64,000 nucleotides of DNA from Azolla caroliniana (GCA_043228905.1 JBHGNT010000014.1:20894001-20958000); one strand, 5' to 3'. Counted from the stretch's first letter, positions 1 through 18,474 are shown. Notes: generated by a model from the sequence alone, not told the origin. Numbers and translations are program-made.

Positions 1-251
1 GATTAAAGGAGGCGATTGGTTATGATGATAATGTCGTAACACCGTCTAATTTATCGATATTAGAGGATGGTCATTTTTCTCCACATGAACCTGAGAAAAT
101 CCTCGACCATAGGTGTAGAAACCTAAGGTCAAAGGTTGTTCATCGCTACAAGGTTAAGTGGAAGGATAGATTGGAAGAAGACAGCACATGGGAAACCGAA
201 GAGACATTACGCAAACATTTTCCTAACTTCCCATTGCAAGAGTGCAATTAA
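1..251 (+). mobile_element. 3' end of a Ty3/Gypsy chromovirus pol (integrase C-terminal chromodomain); starts outside the window
   Basis: Frame from nt 3 reads LKEAIGYDD...HEPEKILDHRCRNLRSKVVHRYKVKWKDRLEEDSTWETEETLRKHFPNF...*. The PEKILDHR/YKVKW/STWE pattern is a chromodomain lacking the first and third aromatic cage residues (group II type). A polypurine tract (ggagggggggag) follows. Confidence 0.85.
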
Positions 252-267
252 ATGGAGGGGGGGAGTA

Positions 268-728
268 TGTAATGTTCATTTGTTTAGACGTGCTTAGGGG
301 GCTATCATACTGTAATATTTGAGTCGTCGGCTTTATTGGACAGACCCAATGTGTGTCATAGGGTACCCTGCACATGATTGGTCAGGTAGATGTCATTTCA
401 TGGCCTAGGTCCTATAAACAGGGGAGACTCTCCTTGGTTAAGGGGGCCCCATGAGTGGTTTAGACGAAGCTCTCTTTGATGTGGACTTGTCATCTACCAA
501 GGTCCTGACGTGGAGATCCTAGCTGGTATGGGACAGATCGGAATTCCTCGTCTGCGTGTCGACTCTGGCGCGGGGGCGGATGGGTGGTAACGCATATTTT
601 CAGTATGATTGTGTCATTTATATCTTTATTTTAGAATTGATGATCTTGGTTATTACACTACGTCTATGTATTTCTATTACTTAGAGCCTTTAGGATCAAA
701 GCCATAAACAAATGTACTTGTGTTGACA
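268..728 (+). mobile_element. 3' LTR of the chromovirus
   Basis: Starts TGTAA just after the PPT, contains a TATA-like cctataaa (~411) and plausibly ends ...TGTTGACA at 728. The right boundary is unconfirmed because the 5' LTR is outside the window. Confidence 0.6.
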
Positions 729-1270
729 TCAAATCAACACAAAATTATCAAAGCTTTTACAAGCTACGTAAACTCTTGCGCCAATACTACTTCATACGCT
801 CTTGACATTGGAATAATACCCTCATGAGAAAAATGATCAAGAAATGTAATCGTATCAACCAAATCTCCCATCAATGCCAAAAAATCCATGCATCCAACGA
901 ACTTGAACAACTCCGTTGTTTCAAAAGGAAACATGAAACACCAAACATGAGCCATTACTACTACTCGTGTTGGGAGAACCCCACACGAGCAAAGCACAGT
1001 AAACGACACACATGCCTCATCAAAAACCCCCACAAGAGTCAAGAAGGAAGGCATCCAAAACCCACACATATGTATGGTATGGGAGATTCTGGCTTTGCAT
1101 AAGAGAGGCAAAGAAAGCTCTTAGAAATTGAAGGGCCATCCATCAGATTCATATCATAAATGTATGTATACACACATGGCCGGAGCTGTGTTTTAAACTA
1201 AAATACGTGCAATAATACAGAAACATCAACACGGAAATAGAATCAACACACACACACACACACTCGTTTG

Positions 1271-1310
<40 letters not shown>

Positions 1311-1372
1311 GCATATGTACATAATTGCAGCTCTACATACAACAAAAACAAACAGTTCCCATTCCTTCTTTA

Positions 1373-1406
<34 letters not shown>

Positions 1407-1489
1407 ATCAAAAGATAAGAAGATTCTTCTTATCTCTGCCTGCCCCTGACCTAAAAAACAACCTAAGCGAAAATAATCTGAAGGTCGCC

Positions 1490-6490
<5,001 letters not shown>

Positions 6491-6940
6491 AAATGATTCT
6501 AGTTGGCAACAATTTTATTTGAGTTATTAGATATGTTCTCTAGCTCCTAAAGGAGCGTTTTGTACTCGGAATCCCTATTGGCTATGGGAGCCCTTAGACT
6601 AGATAACAGTTAAGAGTGATTTAAGGTTGATATGACAGTTCATCTTTTCTTTGTTATGCTAAAGATAAGATATCATCAGGTGTTGTAATGAATAATTGTG
6701 ATGGAGGTTTTATGATAAGCATGCTTTATCATGGAGCTGCTTTTTTGAATAGTATCATTTTCCCTTCAGGAATGTATTTCTCAACAGTATCCTGGTTCCT
6801 GGTTAATTGCTACATATTTACAGAGGGTTAAAAGTTCTAGAGAAATTAGCTTTTCACATGTAACTTAGCTTCTCTGGGTAAAGATTCTGGAGAAACTAGT
6901 CTTTTACAAATGTTATTGCCAAATCTTTATGGATATCCAT

Positions 6941-7435
6941 ATTGTTAGTACCTTTAAATATCAAATTATGCTGCAGTATATTTAGTGAAACCTTTTTATT
7001 ATCAATGCTATCGTCCTAGTGTCTTATTTTGCTATGATTTTCAGTTGAAACATCAGTTGAAGGAAAAAATTTAGACTGTTCTTTGTCCCAACACTATCCA
7101 ATACATATCGGTACTCTTTTTGGTTATATTCTGACGTCCAATTAACGTAGTGAGTGTTAGTAGCTCTTGGCTAGTGTGGATTGTATGTTTACTTGGTAAT
7201 TGGAAGCTTTCTCTTCTCATGAAGAAGAATACCAAGTTCAGTTAGTTATTATGATGTGTCATTACATGATAAACACAAGAAGAAGAATAGTGCAATGTTG
7301 CTAAGGGTAAGCTTTCTCTTCTAATGATGAAGAAGGATGCTACGTTTCCTTCAATTTTTGTGCCACTTTTTTATCTCCTAGTCCAACTATTTTTGTGCCA
7401 CTTTTTTATCTCCTAGTCCAACTAATGCTCTATAC
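6941..7435 (+). repeat. Copy 1 of a ~470-bp direct repeat (copy 2 at 9548-10012)
   Basis: attgttagtacctttaaatatcaaattatg...gctctatac aligns with copy 2 with only scattered differences. Copy 1 has an extra ~35-bp internal tandem duplication near 7355-7425. Confidence 0.9.
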
Positions 7436-8687
7436 TTGTGAGCTTGTCATTGCTTTGTTTGCACATTAGCTAGGTTGTATTTAGTATGGATATTTCTTTT
7501 GCATACCCACACTTCTTCCACCCTTTGTTTTCACGTTAGCTAGGATGTATTTAGTATGGATATTTCTTTTCCATATCCACACTGCTTCCACTTGTTCCAA
7601 ATAGAGTGATACTCAAACACACATAAAATGGGGGACAATAGATGATAAATGAATCAATGTTATAGAAGGGGAAACGAATGCCTTATATAGGGTCACCCTC
7701 TCAATACCTTCTCACGAGGTATCGTACCATATATAATACAATTTTTCTTACTTATTAGTTAATTTGGATATTATGAAAATAGCTCTTCTACACAATACTT
7801 AGCATCTTTCTCATTCTTTCCACAAAATCAGAAAGCAAAGCCTTAATAAAATCACGACAACGGTTAACATCATAATCATCCCCAATAATGTCTTTCCCAC
7901 CAAGAAGAATTGCAGCATATGATGTTTTCTCATGGTCTATAGAATTGATATGTTTTTGTCGTTTGTAATTTTCACCACCATCATTACTACCACATCCATC
8001 AGCAATCATAAACTCACTTCCTGATGTTGTGTCAGACATCCTAACCGAGATTGAGAGAACTAACTTGAGACGATGACAATTTTTCTTGAAACTTCTTCTG
8101 AATAATCCTTGGAGAGCTTTGCAAAAGCCCCAAATCACAAAAAGCGGAGTTGTGACAAAATTACATCAAAAACATTGTTTTAACACTATCATTGGAACGT
8201 AGTGGCTTTGCTGTAGCTCTCTCTCTCTCTCTCTGGATACTGTAGCTATTTTTACCCCCGCAGGTTTTTTTCTAAGCATTTAACTCTTTACAGGAGGAGA
8301 GTGCGTTCGTTGAAGCCAGAAAGGTTGGAATCGCGGGTATCGTACTTCCTTCCTACGTACCTTCAGGTAAGATTCAAGAAGCCCTACTACTACTACTTCA
8401 CCCTCCTTTCCTTTCCATGTCTCTTCACTTTCTTCATCATCTTCCTCTTCTTGTGATTTGACCCTTCTTCCATGTCGATGACCAGCTATACATATATGTA
8501 TGTATGTATGCATGCCTAATTCCTTCTTCCCAATATGCTATACTCATGTCTGTTTAAGGGAAGGAGACCCTATCTACAGTTTAACGATTTAAATGATCTC
8601 ATGTGTTCTAATTCGGTGGGTTTAATATTGTGGTATTCAATCAGAGACGAACTCGTTTGTGCACGTGTTTCATACTTGCCACACATG

Positions 8688-8758
<71 letters not shown>

Positions 8759-8921
8759 TGTTGTGTGACTATATGCTTGTTTCCCCTCCCCTAAAACACA
8801 AATTTTACATATGGGACCAAAAGAATGAATCAGAGATATCCGAAAATGACAGTGTGTGTAAGAATGAGTGAGGTTAAATGTGTCTGGTTCCTTTTTACGG
8901 TGTCAGGAGGGAGGGTTAAAT

Positions 8922-9458
8922 ATGTTTTTCGAGCTTCCGATGAAGCGCCTTGTGGTGCTGCGTCCTGATCAGCTCCATAAGGGAATCTACCTCAATGTCG
9001 CCATCTTGACACAGTTGCTAGAAGATGTCAAGTCATGGAAATGCAGTGAAGATCATGGCTACTATATCACTCCCACTACGCTAGGGAGCATCGGAGAAGG
9101 CAAAGTGAGGAGTCTAACAGGCATGGTATCATTTCCTTTAGAATTCTGCTGCATCGTCTTCAAACCATTTAAAGGAGAGATTCTTGAAGGAGAAGTTAAA
9201 CAAGTGAGTAAACGTGGATGCTATATAGCCTCTGGACCATTGGAAGACATATTTGTACATGTATCCATGATGGAAGGTTATGAACATGAAGGTGGTACAA
9301 ATGTGGAATTCCCTAGGTTCACGCAAGCAGATGGAAGTGTGATCGAAATTGGAACAAAACTTCGCTTCAAGATAGTTGGAATCAAGTGGATTGAGGAGCA
9401 TAGGGATTTTAAGGCTCTAGGAACTATTAATGAAGACTTTCTGGGGCCCATTGAATAA
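8922..9458 (+). CDS. NRPE7: RNA polymerase IV/V subunit 7-like (NRPD7/NRPE7 type, RPB7 family), 178 aa, intronless CDS
   Basis: MFFELPMKRLVV...DHGYYITPTTLGSIGEGKVRSLTGMVSFP...VFKPFKGEILEG...SGPLEDIF...VGIKWIEEHRDFKALGTINEDFLGPIE. The GYY..TTL..IGEGK.R..TG and GIKW.E..R.F.AL motifs fit NRPD7/NRPE7 rather than NRPB7, but D versus E cannot be resolved. Probable 5'UTR intron 8367 (gtaag) to 8906 (tcag), containing a (GA)n tract. Confidence 0.88.
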   Translation: MFFELPMKRLVVLRPDQLHKGIYLNVAILTQLLEDVKSWKCSEDHGYYITPTTLGSIGEGKVRSLTGMVSFPLEFCCIVFKPFKGEILEGEVKQVSKRGCYIASGPLEDIFVHVSMMEGYEHEGGTNVEFPRFTQADGSVIEIGTKLRFKIVGIKWIEEHRDFKALGTINEDFLGPIE

Positions 9459-9547
9459 AATGGATATCTTTCACTAAGATTAAGTGGCCATGTGTGTATG
9501 TATATCTCCAATTTACTAATGCAATTGTATGGAACACATACCTTTAA

Positions 9548-10012
9548 ATTGTTAGTACCTGTAAATATCAAATTATGCCGCAGTATATTTAGTGAAACCT
9601 TTTTATTATCAATGCTATCGTCCTAGTGTCTTATTTTGCTATGATTTTCAGTTGAATCATCATTTGAAGGAAAAAATTTTGGACTGTTCTTTTTCCCAAC
9701 ACTATCCAATACATATTGGTATTCTTTTTGGTTATATTCTGACGTCCAATTAACATAGTGAGTGTTAGTAACTCTTGGCTAGTGTGGATTGTATGTTTAC
9801 TTAGTTGGTAATTGGAAGCTTTCTCTTCTCATGAAGAAGAATACCAAGTTCAGTTAGTTATTATGATGTGTCATTACATGATAAACATAAGAAGAAGAAT
9901 AGTGCAATGTTGCTAAGGGTAAGCTTTCTCTTCTCATGATGAAGAAGGATGCTACGTTTCCTTCAATTTTTGTGCCACTTTTTTATCTCCTATTCCAACT
10001 ATTGCTCTATAC
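9548..10012 (+). repeat. Copy 2 of the ~470-bp direct repeat, starting 90 bp after the RPB7-like stop
   Basis: Direct alignment with 6941-7435. Confidence 0.9.
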
Positions 10013-11472
10013 CAGCTTTTCTGTGTTTATTTTGATCCTGACAGATGATTGGATGAACTCTTATGGGAAGTGTCCTAATCGAAGAACCTCTTTATTAGGT
10101 ATTCTTGCATGCTATACTTTCAGGATTTTGTTTTCTCATTGCTTTAAATCAGATTAGATTATCAAAAAGTCTATGCGATTTTTACATGTTTAATCTTTAA
10201 CAATAAGACATTCTAGCATTGGTGCTGAAATTATATACATATTTTATGCTCAAGAAAAAATCTAGGAAAGTTTTATATTTGGCTTCAATTAGTGGCATTA
10301 AATGTTGTGATTCTAGTAAATCATTCATTTCAAACTCAAATGCCAATTTCTTCTTAACATCTATTAACAAATATGGAACTAGCACGACACCACAAGATAT
10401 CTTAAGTTTTCTTATTTATATTGTTTTCACATGTAGTATTCCATACATTCATGTACATCTCACAGTATAGTTACTACAACCCTCCAAGTCATGCATGATA
10501 GCCAATTGCTGACAATACATAGCATAATAATGCAATATATGTAGAAACAACATTGTGTTGGTGTGTTGTCACAACATTAATATTCTATGGAGTCTTGTAA
10601 ATATTTTATTCTTGTTCAGAATACAAATATCTTATTTACTTTTCATTTTACTCCCTATTCTAATTCAATATTGTTTTTTGCTTCTACTCCTCATTTCTTC
10701 TTTTTGCCGAGTACTTAAGTTAGCCTTTTCCTAGCTATGGAGTCTAGAAGCAAGTACAAATCATGCACATGTTGTTAGAGCTTGAGACCTTACAATCAAA
10801 TATGTGGCAGTAACGCAAGAAAATCAATGCCTTACAACAAAATATGTGGCACTAGAGTAAGAAAACCAATGAACTTCTCAAGGACTTACAACAACTAAAT
10901 GTTGAAAAGGCACATCACTACAAGCTCCTCGCAGACTTACAACCACTACAAGTGTTGGAAAGCCACAACACTACAAGGAATTATCTCATTGGGTTTACAA
11001 TCTAGAATGATCATTGTGACTCTATGATGATACGTGTCAAAAGCACATTTAAACCGTCCAAAAGAACCAGAAATTAGTTTCCATACAAAGTTTGGTGCTG
11101 TATAGTTGCAATTCTAATTAGCTACATCTCATGATTTGAATGCACCACACTTGATATCCATCTTATGTTGCTTGAGTTAGATTGGTCAAAACATTGTTAA
11201 TTGGGACAACCCGAGCTAGAGATGAGGTTATCATCATTATAAGAGAATTTCAACATCTTTATTAATAAGTTCCAAATGTGCTTTGGAGATACAAATAATG
11301 TTAGAATTGTTATCAACAAGATTCAAAGATTGTGTATATGGGTATAGATGTGTAAATTCGTTGAGATATGAGTATGTTAATGTATGGGTATATATTTTTA
11401 TGGAAAAGGGTTAAGCGTATTTCTTTATGTATTTTTGTGTGGGTATATAAAATTATATGTATATGGGTATCT

Positions 11473-11509
<37 letters not shown>

Positions 11510-11997
11510 TAAGTGTATAGAAAGATGTGGTTTAAGTGTATATGTAATTTTATTCAATGTAAACATTTGTTTGTATTTGCGATTGTGGTATTAGCACAAT
11601 CCATCCTAAGTTCTAACTACACTCTACTTAATAATAGCCTTAATGAATGTGTAGTAAAACCAACCATGGTCGAGTTAAGGTAATTACAACAAGACCAAGA
11701 ACCACATATAACTAACCAAGATTTGCCAATATCTAACCAAGAACTTCCAAGCATAACTATTTGGCCCGAAGTTGTAGAAGTGTAAACATGGAAGTGGAAT
11801 GGAGAAGTTTTCGAGTGAGTGTTTCTAAATGTGTATGATATGAGTGTATCTAAATGTGTATTGTTTTCAAATATGCGTAAACATAAAGTTTTTTAAGCAT
11901 GTATGAATTATTTATTTCATGGGAAGGTATATTCATGTAATTATGGAAGAAAAAGTAAGTGGGTGTGGAGTTAAGGCTAGGGACCAAGCCTCCACTC

Positions 11998-12623
<626 letters not shown>

Positions 12624-12770
12624 TATAATTTATATGTATGTACATAGTATGTACATTAATAATAGAAATAAGTATAATAAGTTTTTTTTGTGTGTGTGCG
12701 TGCGCGCGAAGGCCCGTTTTGTCCAAGAAATGGAAGTGGTGGGCGGATGGATATACGGCCCCTCCCTTCT

Positions 12771-12807
<37 letters not shown>

Positions 12808-13886
12808 ACAACACAGAAGACGACGAAAATTGCAGGTTTCTATTTCTTTCTCTACAAAGATTCCAGATTCCCCTCAGATATATCTATGTATACATTGTAT
12901 ATATTTGTCAGCGCTGTTTTGCCATAGTAAAAGCAAATATGACTATATAAATCCTTCCATATTCTCATGAAATAAAGGAGCATCAAAGAATGCATGTAAT
13001 TATTGTTTTTGCTTCCATCTGTGTATATAAATCGGGGCCTGAGATTAAACCGAATTGATGTACGGATGATGGCGATTCATGCCACTGAATCCTTTAGTTA
13101 ATGGCCAGAACAATTGGTGGTACTTATAATCATAATTTCCTAGTATTTCGTTCCATGAAAACCCTGAACGATATGTATAAGTTTCTACGATAAATTTACA
13201 GTGCACATTTCTCAATATAATCTTCTGGTCATGCTAGTAAAGAAGAAGAAGAAGAAGAAGAAGAAGAAGAAGAAGAAGAAGAAGAAGAAGAAGAAGAAGA
13301 AGAAGAGGTGGGTTGGGCCAAACACCTGCATTCGCAAGAGGTTTAAAGATCATTCAAAAGGGAAACAATGGTTCTTCATATTAGAGTTTGACATTAGATA
13401 GATAAAATATAAGACGTAACAAGACTTTGAAAAGGCGCTGGGTTAGTAGTAGCATGCATGTATGGAATGATCAGGTACCACTAGTATTATGTAGGTCAAG
13501 GTCAAGGTCAAGGTCGGCTATCCATCAATGGGTACACACACACACACACACACACACAAATTTGATGCGAACTTTAAAAGATCTTTCTTTCATACAACAT
13601 ATAAAAGACACTTTAAATGAAGATGGGAAGATGTTTGGCTCAACATGGTGCATACACACAGGCCCTCATGTGAATGGTAGGTATTAGTAGTAAATTTTTC
13701 CTTTTTTATTTTCTGAATTTAGTGTTTTTAATGTATTAGCTTCATTTGCTTGCTCTTTCTGGTTTTGTATTGTTGATACTTTTGCACAGGAAGAATATTG
13801 CACGTTTAATAACAGTTATCATAGACTTGCAGAGGTTTTTTGTGAGGTTGGGAAAACAGAGAGCAATCTAAGAAGTAAATGTGGGT

Positions 13887-16525
13887 ATGCCCTCGAAAGC
13901 TGCAAAGAAGGGCAAGAAGAAGAAGAAAGGACCTCCCCCACCTGATAAAGCATGGGAGAAGGTAAAAAGACGCAAAAATTCAATTCTAGTCTTGTAGGTC
14001 TCATTTTTTGAAGGCTTCTCTCTTAGAGGTTGATTGATACTTACATTCCATTTTTTAGTTTCTCTCATGTAACCCTTTTGGCTTTCATAAGCCAATAAAA
14101 TTCGGCCTTTAAAATGATGGATGACATTTTAGCTCCTTGGTGGAATCTGTTCATACTAACTACATTTGATTGATTTCTCGTCAATATTGACAGGCGATCA
14201 ACAGTGGGGTATGGGAAAGGCCACTAGAAGTCTTACCCGATCCTCTCATTCACCCCTCCTTCAAGGAAATGAGGGAGAAAATTCTGAGTGCAGTTGGAAA
14301 GGTATGTGGTTCTTAGGAAGGAGGTTTCAGCTACCTCATAATAATTTAATGAGTTAATATGATCATCTCACATTAAATCCTTTCATTTTGATGGTGATGG
14401 TGATGGGGTGGTGCCATGGCAGATATCAATCCAATGGAGTGATTGCGAGATGATGAATGGTTTTGTACAAGAGCTTTTCAATTCTTGCCGGGAGAAATTA
14501 GTGAGTGAGCGAGAGCCTAGTCTGCTGTATACAGTGCCATGCACCGCGATCTACAGCTTTGTACCTTGTTTTATGTTGAAATAAAAAGAAGCTGCTATTA
14601 ATTAAACCATTGTCTCATGTTTCTCATTTGCGTACCAGTGCTTGTTCTTTCCAAAACTTTTAAATTGTTAAAAACTTGAATTTCCAGCATTTCAAGGAAT
14701 ATATGAGATTCTACTCTCTTAGAATATTTGTCCTTCATATATCCTAATTTTATGATGTGCTACTTTTATTTCGCAATGTTGTGACATCTTAGTGAGGGGA
14801 AAGAGGCTCTAAATTCAATGGAACACCAATATGTTTTGCACAGATCTTACCTTATGTTTTATATTGATGGTATCAGGTACGCATGGAGTTGAGGGGTGCG
14901 TTCTTTTTGACAAAAATTATCATATCTCCATCGACCATTGTTCCAAGCTTGAAAACGCTGGACTTCTCTTGTTGTGAAGCTCTGGATTATGTCTTTCTTC
15001 AGGTGCCATCTACACACTCTCACTTTTTATCGTGTAAGTAGTTATTGTACTAATCCTAGGCCTTTGGGCTCAAGGTTTAGCTTTTACGCTTCCATAATAT
15101 ACCAGTCATATTTACTTCTATACTAATCCTTGGGGGTGAACACATGACATAATATACCAATCATATTTACTATTGTACTAATCCTAGGGGGTGAACACAT
15201 GACATAATATACCAATCATATTTACTTCTATACTAATCCTAGGGGTTGAACACATGACCTCACAACCTTTACCGACTGACTGCATCTATCTGGGATTTCT
15301 CTTTTCTTTTTGTAATTAGCTTAGCCTAGTGGTAAGTCGTTTACACTACTAGCACTACATCTTTGGCTTGAAACCTAATTTTCTCACCTCTATTACTCCA
15401 TGGATATCTCTTATTTCATTAGATGCCACATCTACCACAACCTTTATTGATTGAGCTGCATCTAATTGGCCTTTTGCATTTTTTTCGTAATCAACTTACC
15501 CTAGTGGTAAGTCGTTCTACACTACTAGTTGACTACATCTCAGGTTTGAAACCTAATTTTCTCACCTCTCTATTACTCCATAGATATCTCTTATTTCAGT
15601 AAATGCCACTCTGGTAGTGGGGTTGAACCCATGACCACCTGGTCTCCATTGGGCGACCTTACCAACTGAGCTACATCCATATAGACTCTCTCTCTCTCCC
15701 CTTTTATTATCCTTGGCTAACTATAGTGGTAACTTGTTAAACTACTAACACGAAGCCTTGAATTCAAGGCTTGATTATCACACTTCTTTGTTACATGTTT
15801 TTCTTAATTTACCAGATGGCATTGTGGAATATGGCCTCTCTAGTCTCTCTCATGGATGACATGAATTTTTGTTTTAGAATGGATGACATGACTTTAACGC
15901 TTATTTTTGTCGTCATGATCAGTCTCATAGTACGTAACATACTCGAATGTATTTGCAAACATTCTTTTTCATACTTTTGCAAACGAATGCGCATGTTATG
16001 AAATAGACATAAGTTTTTTTTTACATTTTTTACCTTAACTTTCTTACCTTAATAAGAAGTTTTACCTTATAATAAATAATGAATACAAAAGTATGGTATT
16101 TACCATACTTTGAGGGTGTTTACTATACTCGAAGGATTGAAACATACTCCAATGCGAATGCACGTATGGTACACATGATTCTATGATTTGTCCCATTGGT
16201 CAATTTTGGGCTCTAGTAGATGTTAATATATCTTTCTTTTTCCCTTTAGGTTCATTTGAAATTCTAAGCCTAATTTAATGTTGATTGATGACTTCAGTGT
16301 GAGTCATTGGAAATCTTGTCATTGCACCGATGTCCTTCATTGAGGAAGGTGATTTTGCACGCAAAGAAGCTGAAGGATGTGGACTTGCTTCGTTGTGAAA
16401 AGCTTTCGGTGCTCATCCTTTGGAGTGATTCTCTTTCTTCATTTCATCTTGATCCTAGTGTCAATCCTTCACAATTTAAGACACTTCAACTCCATTGTCC
16501 TAACTTTGTGAACAATAAAAGCTAA
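13887..16525 (+). CDS. Small Cys-containing leucine-rich-repeat protein with a basic N-terminus, 204 aa, 5 exons, function unknown
   Basis: Exons 13887-13961 (MPSKAAKKGKKKKKGPPPPDKAWEK), 14194-14301 (AINSGVWERPLEVLPDPLIHPSFKEMREKILSAVGK), 14423-14500 (ISIQWSDCEMMNGFVQELFNSCREKL), 14877-15002 (VRMELRGAFFLTKIIISPSTIVPSLKTLDFSCCEALDYVFLQ), 16298-16525 (CESLEILSLHRCPSLRKVILHAKKLKDVDLLRCEKLSVLILWSDSL...FKTLQLHCPNFVNNKS*). All four introns are GT-AG and phase 0, there are no internal stops, and LxxLxLxxCxxL repeats continue across the junctions. Confidence 0.8.
15094..15258 (+). repeat. 55-bp tandem repeat x3 in intron 4 of the LRR gene
   Basis: Unit ataatataccaatcatatttact...tactaatcctagggggtgaacacatgac starts at 15094, 15149 and 15204. 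Confidence 0.9.
15240..15785. repeat. Array of degenerate tRNA-derived (SINE-head-like) units arranged back to back
   Basis: Minus strand 15678-15611 reads GGATGTAGCTCAGTTGGTAAGG...GGGTTCAACCCC (A and B boxes). Plus-strand units at ~15318, ~15492 and ~15715 carry TAGCCTAGTGGTAA...GGTTTGAAACC-like boxes. No complete cloverleaf. Confidence 0.6.
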
Positions 16526-17327
16526 TGGCCCCTTGTACCGATCTACACAATAGGGCTTCATATAAATCCTCGTTAACACTTACCACGAGTATCTCCTCAT
16601 TCTAAATGATCTTCATGAAATTGATTTCACAATTCTGTGATTATTTATAAGTCATGCACCAATTTCAATTTTTTAAACCAACACTAAATAGGTTTGAGCA
16701 TAAACTTCTCAAAAAGAAACATAGAATTATTTATTAAAGCAAGTGCAGCTTTACTTAATTAATCATACTCTACCTTCATTTCGTTCTCTAACCAATTAAC
16801 CATATTCTAACCTTCATTTCAATCTCTAAGTTTCACCTAAACATGTTTATAGATCAAGAATTTCAGCTAAATTATAGAAATTTTATGATCAACACCTATG
16901 TCATTTGGATTATATGTATATGAAGTGCTATGTAGACACATCAGTCTATATTAATTGAATTGATTTTAGGTAATATGTAAATGTCAATTTCAGGACTGAT
17001 AAAATATGTCTAAACAAGGTGATGCCTTTGTTCGTTTCAGTAGTGTGGGACCCTTATGGATAACAATAATAGCGGAACCCCTCAATTTGGCATGTGCAAT
17101 TGAAGGTTTTGCACAATTTATTTCATTCGGATTAATTTCACTCCACATAGTTGTATATTGGCACATTTGGTTCAATGTAGTGTTCATCCCCTTACCAATT
17201 GTATAAAGTTGGAGTTTAGGGCTAGAATCGAAGGCACCCTAAAGTCGAAAGCTAGACTTCAGTCAGTATCGTGATTCAACCTCTCTCTCTCTCTCTCACC
17301 ACGAAAGCACTTGAACAGTTAAGAACG

Positions 17328-17673
17328 GAATTAGGCTAATGAAATTGATTAATACATTAAATCCCTTTTTAAAATAGGATTTACAACAATAATGCAATGT
17401 AATGATAATGGTTGAGAAGGGCGGTAATGCTAAAATACGAGTTGAATACATTTCTACAATAATAGACCAACTAAGCTAGCGGTGACGATCCGAGCTTGGT
17501 TGATCAACTCTGTATTTTAGCATTACTGCCCTTCTCGACCATTATAATTCCTTTGTATTTCCGTTGTAAACCCTATTTTATAAAGGGATTTAATGTATTA
17601 ATAAATTTCATTAACCTAATTTCTACAATAATAAACCAACTAGGCTAGTGGTGAGGATCCAAGCTTTGTTGAT
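17328..17673. repeat. ~120-bp inverted repeat whose loop is duplicated (A-B-A'-B)
   Basis: Arm 17328-17445 is the reverse complement (with mismatches) of 17504-17623. The spacer 17451-17504 recurs directly at 17620-17673. Confidence 0.85.
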
Positions 17674-18437
17674 ACCCTACAATCAACGACAACGTTGCCT
17701 TTTGTTGATATAGTGTCCTTGTACCACTTTGAAAGAAAGAAAGAAAAGAGCTTCCTAAGGTGGTCCAACTCCATTGTCACGACTCACAACCAATCACTCC
17801 CAAACCCTAAATCTCTAAGTAAACAAGAAGAAGTCATAACCCTAAAATCCTCAAAGAGAAGGAAGAAGGAGAGAATGAAGAAACCCTAAAAGAAGAAAGT
17901 ACCACAGCTCCATAATGCCAAAATGAGCCTTTCTCTTCCCTTTTTATAATAAGAGAGGTTTCACTCACTTACCTATTCCCATATAAAGGATAATTTGTTT
18001 GAGCATTGACTAAGACTTCAACTCCACACCTTTTTCTACACAACCTATAGCTTTACCATTTGGCTATCTCCTATTTATTATAATATTATGTTTTTGATAT
18101 ATACATATACATATTTATGTGCTTGTAAGTTACATATTTACAAAGGGTTTAGGGTTTTCGAGTAATTATTGATGGTGGAGTTACATTAAATAATGCCCTC
18201 GCGAGATTTATTCGACAAGGATGGGTACATAGCCCACTGTTTTTGCTATAATTAGCACTTTTGGTGATGTTATTGAGGCTTGTAACCATTGATGATTGTT
18301 GAGACTCAAACTCAACTTCCCCTAGTGTGTAAACACACCTTAGGAATATACAAGTGTGTGAACACACCACCACAACGTAACAATAACACACACACACACA
18401 CACACGCACATGCAAGCACACACACACACACACACAT

Positions 18438-18474
<37 letters not shown>

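Noticed and set aside
764-1111. Short overlapping ORFs upstream of KARI
   Set aside because: No recognisable domain or splice structure; possibly a decayed TE fragment.
7788-8138. 116-aa minus ORF with KTSYAAIL, reminiscent of a LINE ORF1 start
   Set aside because: Only one short motif, with no downstream ORF1/ORF2 domains; not enough support.
10150-11950. Possible decayed DNA-transposon region
   Set aside because: No transposase motif, TIR pair or TSD that I could identify.
15003-15040. Apparent frameshift suggesting the LRR gene is a pseudogene
   Set aside because: A CAG|GT donor at 15002/15003 splices in phase to 16298 and gives an intact ORF.
15611-15678. Functional tRNA gene
   Set aside because: A and B boxes are present, but acceptor and anticodon stems do not form; treated as a tRNA-derived repeat.
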